A stretch of DNA of 64,000 nt from Phoronis australis (lineage: Eukaryota; Animalia; Phoronida), in assembly GCA_002633005.1 (NCBI GenBank), contig NMRA01000964.1, positions 23,395-87,394 of the forward strand, in the 5' to 3' direction. Below, in pieces: positions 63,349-64,000 of this stretch. Below the pieces are notes generated by a model, which was given only the letters and a program-made list of their open reading frames with translations, did not search any database and was not told the origin of the DNA. Position numbers and translations under genes: made by a program. Within the stretch, counting starts at the first letter, position 1. Every line of letters starts with the position of its first letter.

Positions 63349-64000
63349 CTGAAAAGGAAATTGCACCAAAAGTTCGAATGACTATTGTATAAGTCACCAT
63401 TACTTGTCCGAATAGTCAGCAACATGTGAATCTGACATGCATCTTAATGATAGATGGCGTAGCTGTTTGTTTACATGGAGACAGTGGACACGACTATCAG
63501 CCGAATCTGCCTTACAGGTTTTTTTATCTTCGATGTGAGAGCCACTGGCATAGGAAGTGAGGCACTTAAAGGGTTTATGTTCCTCTGTACGGCAACATAG
63601 TTAAGATGCCGCCGGGCGCCTGCCAAAGGGGGCGGGGGGTGATAAACAGGTGTCGTTCAGGGGGGCACCATCCATCTGTGTATTGGGGCTTACGCAGCTA
63701 ACAACCTGAGATAGGGGCGTCACATATTGAGGAGTCGACGGGGCCGAAGGAAATGCTCGCTACGCCACTGGACTGACTACTGTCAGTTCACCTCAGTTAC
63801 AAACTACGGTTAAGTATATAATGCATGCATATGGCGAGAACTAGGAAAGCAAAGTTGGGTCATATTAACTCCAACTGTGACACCTGATCTTGTGGCTCTT
63901 AAAGTCAAAGGTTACGGGTGGCACTAATTCTGAGCCTGTCCAAACTGAGACAATAGCCACCCTGAAAATGCGAACCAAATAAATACCTCGCTCAGATTTT

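Noticed and set aside
63543-63770. GC-rich MITE-like segment ending GCTACGCCACTG
   Set aside because: The matching left TIR and TSD could not be defined with confidence.

Overview
AT-rich eukaryotic (probably marine invertebrate) genomic DNA with two N-gaps. Almost the whole window is one minus-strand, multi-exon gene. I assembled 13 coding exons by hand (63348 down to 1269, 2145 nt, about 715 aa). All have GT-AG boundaries and compatible intron phases. They encode an astacin (M12A) zinc metalloprotease (HEIGHAIGLYHEHNRPDRD, Met-turn SIMHY), an EGF-like Cys module and about 11 tandem ShKT domains. The N-terminal exons lie beyond the window end. The large introns hold many mobile elements: a Tx1/L1 LINE with a 14-bp TSD, a CR1/L2-type 3' end with a 9-bp TSD, a truncated BEL/Pao LTR element with a tRNA-His PBS, TTAA-flanked Kolobok-like elements, an AT-flanked ISL2EU-like MITE, a RAG1/Transib-like transposase remnant and a locally duplicated repeat of about 2 kb. 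Two observations stand out. First, about 30 copies of TACATGTA occur, and in several places they look like 6-bp CATGTA insertions at a TA, resembling Tc1/mariner excision scars. Second, an orphan ShK-like exon with intact splice sites lies on the opposite strand inside an intron, between transposon remnants. Family assignments rest on motif recognition; no database search was run.
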